Positions 8,030-17,313 of a DNA stretch of 53,519 bases are shown one piece after another (position 1 is the stretch's first letter; the number at the start of each line of letters is the position of its first letter). The position numbers and the translations under genes were made by a program. The notes under the pieces were generated by a model. That model searched no databases and was not told where the DNA came from. It saw nothing but the letters and a program-made list of their open reading frames with translations. The DNA comes from Acidobacteriota bacterium. GTDB taxonomy: Bacteria > Acidobacteriota > Vicinamibacteria > Vicinamibacterales > JACQTH01. The stretch is taken from assembly GCA_016178075.1 (NCBI GenBank), contig JACOUA010000042.1, positions 1 through 53,519 on the forward strand, read 5' to 3'.

Positions 8030-9804
8030 GCGGACGCGCCGTGACTCCTCCGGTCCTGTGCGTCGCCGCGGCAACGCTCGCCGCGCTGGGCGTGGTGCCC
8101 GTGTGGGGCCAACGAGGATCCAAGAGCCCTACACGGCACTCGCCGGCCGCCGAGTCGATCTTCATCGAGTCGGCCTCCGCCACCGGTCTCGCGTTCACGC
8201 ACGTGAATGGCGCCACCGGACGCTACTACATGGCCGAGCCGATGGGCGCCGGCGTCGCGCTGTTCGACTACGACAACGACGGCGACCTCGACGTCTTTCT
8301 CGTGCAGGGCGGCGCGCTCGGGCCGGGGGCCGCACCCAGAGGCCAGGCGGCCGCCCCCGGACCGCGCGGTCGCGAGCCGGTCGCCAGTCGTCTCTTTCGC
8401 AACGATCTCACGATCGATGCGAACGGCCGCCGCACGCTGCGCTTTACCGATGTGACGGAGCGCGCCGGGGTCGGTCTGCGCGCGTACGGCATGGGCGCGG
8501 CCGTCGCCGATTACGACAACGACGGCGACCTCGACCTGTTCGTCGCCTCATTCGGCCCCGAGACGCTCTATCGCAACAACGGCGACGGGACCTTCGCCGA
8601 CGTGACGACCCCCGCGGGCGTGAGCGACCCGCTCTGGAGCACCAGCGCCGCGTTCCTTGACTACGATCGGGACGGCGACCTCGATCTGTTCGTCGCCAAC
8701 TACCTGGATTTCACGGTGGCGGGCAACAAGCTGTGCCACGATGCCGTGGGGGCACGAGACTACTGCAGTCCACGCGCGTATCGACCCGCTCCCGATCGCT
8801 TGTACCGTAACGAGGGCAACGGTCGGTTCACCAACGTCACCGAGGCCGCGGGGATCAGCAAGGCGGACGGTGCGGGCCTTGGCGTCGCGACCGGCGACTA
8901 CAACGGCGACGGGTGGCTCGACCTCTACGTCGCCAACGACGCGACGCCAAACCAGCTCTGGATCAACCGGCACGATGGGACGTTCGCCGACGAGGGGCTG
9001 CTCTCCGGGTCGGCCCTGAGCGCGATCGGCAATCCCGAGGGCAGCATGGGTATCGCATCCGGCGACTTCGACCTCGATGGCGACGAAGATCTGTTCGTCA
9101 CGAACATCGCCGGTGAGACCTTCGTGCTGTACGTGAACGACGGGCGTGGCAACTTCGAGGACGCGCGGACCAGGACGGGGCTTGCGCTCCCCACCGCGGC
9201 ACTCACCGGCTTCGGCACCGACTGGCTCGACTACGACAACGATGGATGGCTCGATCTCTTCGTCGCCAATGGCGCCGTCAACATCGTCGAGGCGCAACGG
9301 GGGGAACCGTTCCCGTTCCGCATGAAGAATCAGCTGTTCCGCAATACCGGGGCTGGACGGTTCGAGGAGACGAGCGCGCTGGCAGGTCCCGCGTTCGCGC
9401 GCGCCGAGATCGGCCGCGGCGCGAGCTTCGGCGACATCGACAATGACGGGGACGTCGACATCATCGTCACGAACAACAACGGGCCTGTGAGGCTGCTCCT
9501 CAATCAGACCGGCGGGCGGCATCACTGGCTCGACGTCCGGCTCGATCAGGGCCCCGGCAATCGTTTCGCGTTCGGGGCACGGATCGGCGTGGAGCGTACC
9601 GGACGGCCCACGCTATGGCGGCGCGTCAGGACTGACGGCAGCTATCTCTCCGCGAGCGATGTGCGTGTCCACTTCGGCCTCGGTTCGTCATCAGCCGTCT
9701 CGGCGGTCGTCGTCCAGTGGCCAGACGGGGATCGCGAGAGCTGGACCAAGGTCAGCACCGATCGGCTGGTGACGCTCGCTCGCGGCGCCGGCGCGAAGCC
9801 ATGA
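8026..9804 (+). CDS. CRTAC1/ASPIC-UnbV family FG-GAP repeat protein
   Basis: Many DYDNDGDLD repeats; C-terminal SYLS...VHFGLG...VQWPDG ASPIC/UnbV domain. Confidence 0.9.
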   Translation: MSGRAVTPPVLCVAAATLAALGVVPVWGQRGSKSPTRHSPAAESIFIESASATGLAFTHVNGATGRYYMAEPMGAGVALFDYDNDGDLDVFLVQGGALGPGAAPRGQAAAPGPRGREPVASRLFRNDLTIDANGRRTLRFTDVTERAGVGLRAYGMGAAVADYDNDGDLDLFVASFGPETLYRNNGDGTFADVTTPAGVSDPLWSTSAAFLDYDRDGDLDLFVANYLDFTVAGNKLCHDAVGARDYCSPRAYRPAPDRLYRNEGNGRFTNVTEAAGISKADGAGLGVATGDYNGDGWLDLYVANDATPNQLWINRHDGTFADEGLLSGSALSAIGNPEGSMGIASGDFDLDGDEDLFVTNIAGETFVLYVNDGRGNFEDARTRTGLALPTAALTGFGTDWLDYDNDGWLDLFVANGAVNIVEAQRGEPFPFRMKNQLFRNTGAGRFEETSALAGPAFARAEIGRGASFGDIDNDGDVDIIVTNNNGPVRLLLNQTGGRHHWLDVRLDQGPGNRFAFGARIGVERTGRPTLWRRVRTDGSYLSASDVRVHFGLGSSSAVSAVVVQWPDGDRESWTKVSTDRLVTLARGAGAKP

Positions 9805-9957
9805 ATCGGCCGCGAAGCCGCGAAGGGATCTCCTGAACCGGTTCTCATCGTGACGGATTGCCGCCTCGAGCTCAGCACGCGTTCGGGTCAGATTCGGTGG
9901 CGCCCGTCGGAAGACCGTCGGGACGTGCGCTCTTGCGCATGGTGGGTACCGCTGCCG

Positions 9958-10749
9958 CTATCTTGGCGGCATCGCCGCGAATGTGTTCTCGATGTTCTCC
10001 AGCACCGCGAGCGTCGAGCGGACCGCGGCCTGGATGTAGCGCTCGCCCAGCTCCGGCGTGGATGTGCGGGCGTCGCCCCACGTACCTGATTTCGTGGCCC
10101 AGTACACCGACCCGGGCGAGGTGAAGAAGAACGCCGTATGCACCGGGGCGGCGTTCACGGTGAACTCCGGGAACGGCGGAAACTCGGTATTCGCGCGCTC
10201 GAGATCGACGAGCTTGGGGTTGATCGCGAGCACGGCCGATGTTTCCGCCGCGTTCGCGTGCAGCCCGGTCTGCAGGCTGAAGAACTCCGCGGCTTCCTCC
10301 CCGGTGAGCCCGTCCCAGTGGTTGATCGGAAACGCCTTGACGCCCTGCGGCATTCTGTCCGCGGCCTCGGCGCACCCATATGCGATCGCGTAGGTATTGT
10401 CGTAGTGCCCGTTCAAAAAAATGATGCGCTTGAACCCAGACGCCGCGAACGACGCACAGAGATCCGCGATGAGGGCCATGAAGGTTGGAATCCGAATGTG
10501 CACGAGCCCGGTGAAGCCGACGTGCGGATATGACAAGGCGTAGTTGATCGGCGGTGCGACCAGCGCGCCGATCTGCGGCGCCACGCGCCGCCCCACTTCC
10601 TGCGGGATCAGCACGTCGGTCAGGAGCGGTCCGTGCGGGCCGTGTTGCTCGGTGGCCCCGGTAGGAATGATGACCGTGTGATGCGTCTTGAGAAACGCTT
10701 CGACTTCGGGATTCGTCATCTCCCCAAGGAATACCGTGGATGGCTTCAT
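9958..10749 (-). CDS. Creatininase/creatinine amidohydrolase family protein
   Basis: GATEQHGPH...TD, NGHxxN, HANAAETS and GTWGD motifs; starts 8 bp after the quinoprotein stop. Confidence 0.9.
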   Translation of the reverse strand: MKPSTVFLGEMTNPEVEAFLKTHHTVIIPTGATEQHGPHGPLLTDVLIPQEVGRRVAPQIGALVAPPINYALSYPHVGFTGLVHIRIPTFMALIADLCASFAASGFKRIIFLNGHYDNTYAIAYGCAEAADRMPQGVKAFPINHWDGLTGEEAAEFFSLQTGLHANAAETSAVLAINPKLVDLERANTEFPPFPEFTVNAAPVHTAFFFTSPGSVYWATKSGTWGDARTSTPELGERYIQAAVRSTLAVLENIENTFAAMPPR

Positions 10750-10757
10750 CGGGCCAC

Positions 10758-12419
10758 TTACTCAGCCAATGTAAACGAGAACAATGTGTCGCCGGCGGCC
10801 ACGAGCAGATACTGGTGGCCGTCGAGCAGGTAGGTCTGCGGCGCGTTCGACACCGAGCCGATTCGGGAGTGCCACAGGATCTTGCCGTTCGCAGAGTTGT
10901 ACGCCACCAGGTTCCCGCTGATGTCGCCGCCAAACAACAGCCCGCCGGCCGTCGTGAGCAGACCGCTGGCACCCCCGCCGCCCGTGCCCGGATAGCGGTG
11001 TTTCCAGACCGTCTTTCCCGTCTTGTAGTCGATCGCCGCCAGATAGCTGCCCATGGACCCGACGCCCGCCTCTTCCTTGCCGCCGAGCCCCATCGCCCCG
11101 CGGGGATCGGTTTCGGTCAGGTAGTACATGGCGTAGGTCTCGCTGAGGGGGACGTAGAACAGGCCCGTCTGGGGGCTGAAGCTCGGGGGCGGCCAGTTGG
11201 TCGCGCCGCCGTTGTTGCCCGACACGAGCGCGCCGCCGATGTGGAAATCTTTCGCGGGATTGCGGATCGGCTGGCCCTTCTCGTTAAGACCTCTCGCCCA
11301 GTTCACCGTGTCGGAGAATTGACTGGTCACCAAGTGCTCGCCGGTGACCCGATCGAGCACGAAGAAATAGCCGTTGCGCCCGGCAGTCATGACGAGCTTG
11401 CGCGGCCGCCCGTTGAATCCCGCATCCACGAGCACCGGCGTTTGCGCCGAGTCCCAGTCATGGGTGTCATGCGGCGATGTCTGGTAGTACCAGGCCATCT
11501 TCCCGGTGTTGACGTTGACCGCGACGATGGAACACGTATAAAGATTGTCGCCCTCGCCGCGGCTCTGCGAGGTGTAGGCCGGCGTCGGGTTTCCGGTCCC
11601 GAAAATGTAAAGGTTCGTCTCGGGATCGTACGAACCCGGGTTCCACGCATGCCCGCCGCCGTGGCTCGCCGCATCGAGATCCTTCCAGGTCTCGAGTCCC
11701 GGATCGCCCTCCTTCATCGGCACGGTGTAGAACTTCCACTGAACCGACCCGTCCTCGGGATCGAATGACTGGAGGAAGCCGGGCGCGTCGAGATCGTTGC
11801 TGGTTCCGACCAGGACATGATTCCCCACGACAATCGGCGCCATCGTCGAGAAGTACTGCTGATCGAAGTCGGAGATCTCCTTGTGCCAGCGCTCCTTGCC
11901 CGTCTTCGCGTCGAGACTGACCAGATAGTTGTCGGGTGTTTCCAGGTACAGCCAGTCGCGGTACATCCCGAGACCGCGATTGCCGATATGGGTGCCGCCT
12001 CTGGTCGTCCAGAAGTAATGCCAGATCTCGCGTCCGTCGCGCGCGTCGATGGCCCACACATTGTCGGGCGCCGACACGTACAGGACCCCGTTGACCTGCA
12101 GGATCGAGCCCCTGATCGTGGAGCCGGCGTATTCGGTGGTGCCGACGCCGCCCACGATGGAGGGACCTCCACCCCGGCCGCCGCGGCCGCCGGTCAGCCG
12201 AGCGAACCACGCCAGCGTCAGATGCTTCACGGTGGACTGGTTGATCTCGGTCAACGCGCTGAACCGCTTGCCGGAATAGTCACCCGAGTAGACGGGCCAC
12301 GACTCGGAAAGCGGCTTGAGCAGTTCCCTGGGGTCCAACGCGAGGCTGTTCTGGCCCGCGAGGACAGCGGGGATCGCGCACATCGACAGGACGAACAGGA
12401 GTTTGGTGTGGCCTGTCAT
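10758..12419 (-). CDS. PQQ-type beta-propeller dehydrogenase, acido-empty-quinoprotein group A-like (copy 2)
   Basis: Same motif set as copy 1; ATG 12419 overlaps the cytochrome stop (ATGA). Confidence 0.85.
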   Translation of the reverse strand: MTGHTKLLFVLSMCAIPAVLAGQNSLALDPRELLKPLSESWPVYSGDYSGKRFSALTEINQSTVKHLTLAWFARLTGGRGGRGGGPSIVGGVGTTEYAGSTIRGSILQVNGVLYVSAPDNVWAIDARDGREIWHYFWTTRGGTHIGNRGLGMYRDWLYLETPDNYLVSLDAKTGKERWHKEISDFDQQYFSTMAPIVVGNHVLVGTSNDLDAPGFLQSFDPEDGSVQWKFYTVPMKEGDPGLETWKDLDAASHGGGHAWNPGSYDPETNLYIFGTGNPTPAYTSQSRGEGDNLYTCSIVAVNVNTGKMAWYYQTSPHDTHDWDSAQTPVLVDAGFNGRPRKLVMTAGRNGYFFVLDRVTGEHLVTSQFSDTVNWARGLNEKGQPIRNPAKDFHIGGALVSGNNGGATNWPPPSFSPQTGLFYVPLSETYAMYYLTETDPRGAMGLGGKEEAGVGSMGSYLAAIDYKTGKTVWKHRYPGTGGGGASGLLTTAGGLLFGGDISGNLVAYNSANGKILWHSRIGSVSNAPQTYLLDGHQYLLVAAGDTLFSFTLAE

Positions 12420-13360
12420 TTCACGGTCACCAGGAAGGCCGTCAGGTTGTGAATCTCTTCGTCGGTGTAGGTGCTCAGCAGGTTTCGATGCGGCGTCAGA
12501 GGGTCGTGGATCTCCACCGCCGGCGTGTCGCCGTCCCGGCGAAACGTGCGATCGGTGCCGTCCGCCAGCGTGAGGGTCACGTTGAAGTCGTCGATGCGAC
12601 GCAGCCGGCCTTCGACCTTTGGTCCCGTAGGCAGCGTGACCGTGACCGTCGTCGGAGACACGTTCGTCACGTTCTCGCCGCCTCCGCGTCCCCCCGCCTG
12701 CCCTGAGCCTGTCGAAGGGCGGCCACCGGGCATGAGCCATGTTTGTTGGAGCTGCCGCGGATCGGTGACCCTCGCGCCGAAGCCCTTGAGATCGCTTGTG
12801 AGTGAATGACACGCGCCGCACTTCGCCTTGAAGACCGCTTCCCCGGCCCGCGCGTCGCCGACGACGATGCTCGGAGGCCGCTCGCGGGAGATGTCGTAGC
12901 CACCGACCCGGAAGCTGTGAATGAAGGTGGCAATCTCGGCAATCTGTGCCGTGGTGAGATCGCCCTGCTTCGGCATGCCGCGGTCCGGCCGGCCGTTCTG
13001 CACGACGGGCGCGATCAATTCACCATTCTGATCGTTCAAGACGAGCGCGGAACGAAGCAGGCTCGGCGCCGTGGCACCCCGGGCGTCTGCGCCGTGGCAA
13101 AACGCGCAGTTCACGCTGTAGAGTGCCTTGCCGCGCTCCAGGATGACAGGATCCGCCGGTGGACGTACAGGGTAGGCGCCGCCACCACCACCACCGCCGC
13201 CGGTCCCTCGCCCACCGCGGCCGCCCGGACCCGCAGGCGTCGGTGTGGGTGGAGTTTGCGGCGGGGGCTGGGGAGGAGTCTGTGCCATCAGTCCGATGGC
13301 GGCAACCATCGTGATGGCCAGCAGGATCTCGGCGGCAGCGATCTTCTCGTTGATGGGCAA
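12416..13360 (-). CDS. Diheme c-type cytochrome (quinoprotein partner, copy 2); start uncertain
   Basis: CAFCH and CGACH motifs, GMP distal Met, Pro/Gly-rich linker. Confidence 0.85.
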   Translation of the reverse strand: MPINEKIAAAEILLAITMVAAIGLMAQTPPQPPPQTPPTPTPAGPGGRGGRGTGGGGGGGGAYPVRPPADPVILERGKALYSVNCAFCHGADARGATAPSLLRSALVLNDQNGELIAPVVQNGRPDRGMPKQGDLTTAQIAEIATFIHSFRVGGYDISRERPPSIVVGDARAGEAVFKAKCGACHSLTSDLKGFGARVTDPRQLQQTWLMPGGRPSTGSGQAGGRGGGENVTNVSPTTVTVTLPTGPKVEGRLRRIDDFNVTLTLADGTDRTFRRDGDTPAVEIHDPLTPHRNLLSTYTDEEIHNLTAFLVTVK

Positions 13361-13381
13361 GGAGGCAGCATAATACCAAGA

Positions 13382-14470
13382 ATGCGATTCGATTTTGAGA
13401 GGCCGACCCGGAATCTGGCGAGACGCGGCCGGCGGGTCGCGGTCGTTCTGACGCTCGCCGCCCTAGCCTGCGGGCGATCCTCTCCCGAGCGAGCTGCCGA
13501 GACCCGCCTGTACGTCTCGGACGAAACCGGCGGCAACGTGGTCGTCATCGATCCGGTCGCCGCACGGGTCGTGACACGCATCGCCGTCGGCAAGCGGCCG
13601 CGCGGCATCCGCGCGTCCCGCGACGGCGCGCGACTTTTCGTGGCGCTCTCGGGATCACCCATCGCCGGGCCCGGCGTCGATGAGTCCTCTCTTCCACCGG
13701 CCGACCGTTCCGCGGACGGCATCGGCGTGGTGGATCTTGCGACGCTCACGCTGGTTCGGACGTTCACGAGCGGTCCGGATCCGGAGTCCTTCGATCTCTC
13801 GCCCGACGGGAAGACGCTCTACGTGTCGAACGAGGACACGGCGGAAGTGTCCGCGGTCGACGTGGCCACCGGGACGATTCGAGGCCGCGTCAGCGTCGGT
13901 GAGGAGCCGGAAGGCGTCACGGTCAGGCCCGGCGGGCGCGAGGTCTACGTCACGTCTGAAGGAACCAACGAGGTCACGGCCATCGACACCACGACCTTGC
14001 AGGTGGTGGCCCGCATTCCCACGGCAGCGAGGCCGCGCGCGGTTGTGTTCACGACGGATGGCGCGACGGCCTTCGTGACGAACGAGAACGCGGGCGTCCT
14101 GACGGTCGTCGACGCCGCCGCGCACAAGGCGTCCGGCACCGTTCAGATTCCCCGCACCGAGGGGACGCCGACGCCCCCGCGGCCGATGGGAATGGTGCTG
14201 TCTGCGGATGGACGAGAGGTCTTCACCTCGCTCGGGCGTGCGGGCTCGGTGGCCGTGATCGACGTGGCGGGTCGCCGAGTGGCGCGCTCCATCGAACGTG
14301 TCGGCGCGCGACCGTGGGGGATCGGGGTCAGTGGCGACGGTCGCAAGCTTTATACAGCGAACGGTCCGTCCGGCGACGTCTCGATCATCGACGTCGCCAC
14401 GGGAACCGTGGAGGCGCGTGTCACCACCGGCGGAAGTCCCTGGGGACTCATCGTCGTGGATGCTCGCTGA
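13382..14470 (+). CDS. YVTN-type beta-propeller lipoprotein (resembles PQQ-catabolism-associated propellers)
   Basis: LAC lipobox; repeated LYVSNE/VYVTSE/FVTNE blades, VGKRPRG, VGEEPEG. Confidence 0.8.
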   Translation: MRFDFERPTRNLARRGRRVAVVLTLAALACGRSSPERAAETRLYVSDETGGNVVVIDPVAARVVTRIAVGKRPRGIRASRDGARLFVALSGSPIAGPGVDESSLPPADRSADGIGVVDLATLTLVRTFTSGPDPESFDLSPDGKTLYVSNEDTAEVSAVDVATGTIRGRVSVGEEPEGVTVRPGGREVYVTSEGTNEVTAIDTTTLQVVARIPTAARPRAVVFTTDGATAFVTNENAGVLTVVDAAAHKASGTVQIPRTEGTPTPPRPMGMVLSADGREVFTSLGRAGSVAVIDVAGRRVARSIERVGARPWGIGVSGDGRKLYTANGPSGDVSIIDVATGTVEARVTTGGSPWGLIVVDAR

Positions 14471-14504
14471 CGCGACGAGCTGCAAAAGAAATAGGGCTCA
14501 AGGC

Positions 14505-16535
14505 TCACAAGCCGAAAACCTCGGGCTGCCAGCGCAGCCCGAGCTCGCTCGGCGGCCCCATGAACCCCAGAAGCGCGGACGAGGCCACGACCGCCGGGTT
14601 CGCGAGATACCCCTCTCCGCCGACCCCCATCCGATTCTGCCAGTTCCGGTTGAACGAGGTGATCGCGCGCTGCCCCTTGTACAGCGCGTCGGGCCCCTGC
14701 CCAAAGCACGGGCCGCACCAGGACTGCCGAATCGCGCCGCCGACCGACCGAAACACGTTCGCGATCGACTCCCCGCCGAGGCGCGGATCGGGGTGCTCGA
14801 TTTGCTGACGAACGCCGCCCGATCCGGGAAAAATCACGAAATCTTTGGCCGCTTTCCTGACGCCCTGCTCGCGCGCCGCGCGCACGACCAGCGCGGCGCT
14901 CAGCAGATCGTCATAGCTGCCGTTCGTGCAGGAGCCGATGAGCGCCTTGTCGAACGTGATCCGCTCGCGGGCGACTTCATCCGCCGGGAACGCGTTGCCG
15001 GGGCTGAACGGCTTCGCGATCATCGGCACCACCGCGTCCAGCCGCAGCTCTTCGTCCAGCTCGTAGCGGCTATCGTCACCCGGGCGCACGACCGGATATG
15101 GCAGATCGGTCATGCCCTTTGCCCGGTACCAGCCGAGCGTGATCTCGTCTGGGCCGAACACCCCGTTCTGGGCCTCGGCCTCGGCCATCATGTTCGCGAT
15201 CGTGTTGCGATAGGCGATGGGCAACTGTCGATCACGATCGACGAGCTCGACCGACATCCCCTGCGCCTGGCGCGCACCCCAGCGCCGCAGCAGCTCGAGC
15301 ACGATGTCTTTCCCGCTGACCCACGGCTGGAGCCTTCCGGCGAACACGACGCGGCGCTGCTTCGCGAGCGTGAAGTAAATGTGCCCCGTGGCCCATCCGA
15401 ACCCGAGCGTCGTCGAGCCGACGCCGATCCCGACCGCGCCGTACGCGCCATAGGCGCGGCTGTGCGAGTCCGCGCCCGGGATGAACTGGGCTGGCAGGAC
15501 CAGTCCCTGTTCGGGAAAGTAGAAGTGAAAGATGCCGTCGCCCGGGGTCGCATAGTACGGCTTCTCGATGCCGTGCGTGCGGGCGAACTCGTAACCGATT
15601 CGCGTCTGCCGGTCATCGTCTTCGCGGCCGGTGAAGACGAAGTGGTCGTTCGCGACAGCCGCCTGCCGTGGGTCGATCGTCTGACCGCCGGTGATCTGAT
15701 TGAACGTGTGGATCGCGAACGGCGCCGTGCCGTCCGAGGCGGGAAGCAGGTCGGCGTAGACCCTGAGCGTCGCGCCCGGCGTCACCTCCGCGTCCTTGTC
15801 CACCCGATGCGCCCACACGATCTGCTCGGTCGTGGTCATCCGGCGCGCGCGGTCCGGATCCGCCCAGTCGATCGACGGAATCCGCTCAACCGCCAACGGG
15901 AACTCGCGGCGCCCGACGGCGAAGATCCCGCCACTCTCGCGGATTTCTTCCTCCTTCGACGTTAGCGGGATCGGCGTGTAAGTCTTCTTCCGCGTCTCGT
16001 TCCGCAGCGTCCGCGTGGCGACGTCGAAGCTGAACGCGTCTCCGTCTTGCGCGTCGGTCACCGCTTCCGGACTCTGGACGACGTGCAGGCCAAGATTGAG
16101 CGCGTTGCGGCGGAAGATGTCGCCCATGTTCTGGCCGCAGACGACCACCAGCTCGAGGCCGACTTCCTCGGCCACGCCCTTCAGTCCGGCGGGGCTCATT
16201 TCGCGCGAGGATCCGATGGCAAACCGGTCCCCCGCGATGAGGAATGTCTCGCCGCGATGGACGCGCGCGCGAAAGCCCGGCATCAGATGGCGGAACGCGC
16301 CGGCCTTCCAGCGTTCATCGAGCGTGTCCAGACTTTCGGAGACGCAGTCGGAAGCGGGGGTGATCTGATCGGTATCGATCGCATCGAGCTTTCGCCCTGG
16401 GTTGCGCGGGTCCCAGAAGAGGAGGGCGCGACCTCGAACCATGCGGCTGGTCGCGGCCTGTGGTCCGATGGACGGCCGCGGAAGTGACTCGAGCGTGACG
16501 CCCGGTTTCAGTTGTACGGGCTTGATGCGGTGCAT
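14505..16535 (-). CDS. Aconitase-family [4Fe-4S] hydro-lyase, swivel (LeuD-like) domain fused N-terminal to a LeuC-like domain
   Basis: N-terminal IDTDQITP, FAIGSSRE, IFRRNALNLGL; then DH, GADSH, IGSCTNG, CGPCFG, NRNWQNRMG. Confidence 0.85.
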   Translation of the reverse strand: MHRIKPVQLKPGVTLESLPRPSIGPQAATSRMVRGRALLFWDPRNPGRKLDAIDTDQITPASDCVSESLDTLDERWKAGAFRHLMPGFRARVHRGETFLIAGDRFAIGSSREMSPAGLKGVAEEVGLELVVVCGQNMGDIFRRNALNLGLHVVQSPEAVTDAQDGDAFSFDVATRTLRNETRKKTYTPIPLTSKEEEIRESGGIFAVGRREFPLAVERIPSIDWADPDRARRMTTTEQIVWAHRVDKDAEVTPGATLRVYADLLPASDGTAPFAIHTFNQITGGQTIDPRQAAVANDHFVFTGREDDDRQTRIGYEFARTHGIEKPYYATPGDGIFHFYFPEQGLVLPAQFIPGADSHSRAYGAYGAVGIGVGSTTLGFGWATGHIYFTLAKQRRVVFAGRLQPWVSGKDIVLELLRRWGARQAQGMSVELVDRDRQLPIAYRNTIANMMAEAEAQNGVFGPDEITLGWYRAKGMTDLPYPVVRPGDDSRYELDEELRLDAVVPMIAKPFSPGNAFPADEVARERITFDKALIGSCTNGSYDDLLSAALVVRAAREQGVRKAAKDFVIFPGSGGVRQQIEHPDPRLGGESIANVFRSVGGAIRQSWCGPCFGQGPDALYKGQRAITSFNRNWQNRMGVGGEGYLANPAVVASSALLGFMGPPSELGLRWQPEVFGL

Positions 16536-16581
16536 GAACGGATGAGACAGGGATTGGACCTGCTCTATCGTACACCCCGCG

Positions 16582-16604
16582 AGTCAGAAGTCAGACTTCT
16601 GACT
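16582..16604. repeat. Short heptamer hairpin AGTCAGAAGT-cag-ACTTCTGACT
   Basis: Perfect 10-bp stem; same AGTCAGA unit as 24009-24099. Confidence 0.7.
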
Positions 16605-16608
16605 GAAC

Positions 16609-17049
16609 CTATTGCTCGAGAACTTCGCGGACCTTCTTGGCGAGCGCATCCGGGGAGAACGGCTTCCGAAGGAACGGCGTGTGCGGATCGAGCCCGCGCG
16701 CTTTGAGCGTCGATTGATCCCTGTAGCCTGACATCAGAATCACCCGGACATTCGGCCGGACCGCGAGGACGGCGTCCATGAGCGCTGGACCGCTCATCCC
16801 AGGCATGACCACGTCGCTCAGGAGGACGTCGAAGCGCTCGGTTGAATCGCTCACGACCGCCAGCGCCTGCCCGGGGTTGTCGGCTTCGATGATGTCGTAG
16901 CCGAACTGTTTGAGGAAGTTCGCGACCACGGCGCGGACGGCGCGCTCGTCCTCGACGACGAGGATCCGCGCGGGCACCGCGGGCGTCGACGGCCTGGGCG
17001 AAGGCCACGCGCGGTGAGCCGGCGGCCGCGCCGCTTCGTAGCCGTCCAT
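16609..17049 (-). CDS. Single-domain response regulator receiver (start uncertain)
   Basis: ILVVEDE, LLSDVVMPGMSG, MSGY and LRKPF motifs. Confidence 0.8.
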   Translation of the reverse strand: MDGYEAARPPAHRAWPSPRPSTPAVPARILVVEDERAVRAVVANFLKQFGYDIIEADNPGQALAVVSDSTERFDVLLSDVVMPGMSGPALMDAVLAVRPNVRVILMSGYRDQSTLKARGLDPHTPFLRKPFSPDALAKKVREVLEQ

Positions 17050-17313
17050 CGGAATCAGCCACGGTTGGGGGGACTCGATTCTTCCCTGACCTGCACTCAG
17101 CATGTGATCTCCAGATGGCATAGCTCGACCGTTGCCCGACGTATCGGGTCACCTCGGACGTGACTTTACGCGCCGCCCCGTCACAGGATGTGTGCTCGCG
17201 ACGCGACGGCAGCGCCGCTGGGAAACCCTGTGCAGCTCCTGGATCTTCCGCCGTCTGTCGGGCGTCTTACTAGGCCGGGGCTCTGCCCCGGGCCCCGGCT
17301 CGCGGGGTTCACT

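Noticed and set aside
9872-9940. 22-aa minus-strand mini-ORF MRKSARPDGLPTGATESDPNAC after the creatininase as a PqqA/MftA-like precursor
   Set aside because: No RBS, no ExxxY or GVY-type motif, and it overlaps a probable terminator hairpin
17020-17060. MDGYEAAR as remnant of a second receiver domain
   Set aside because: Only an 8-residue resemblance; insufficient without alignment
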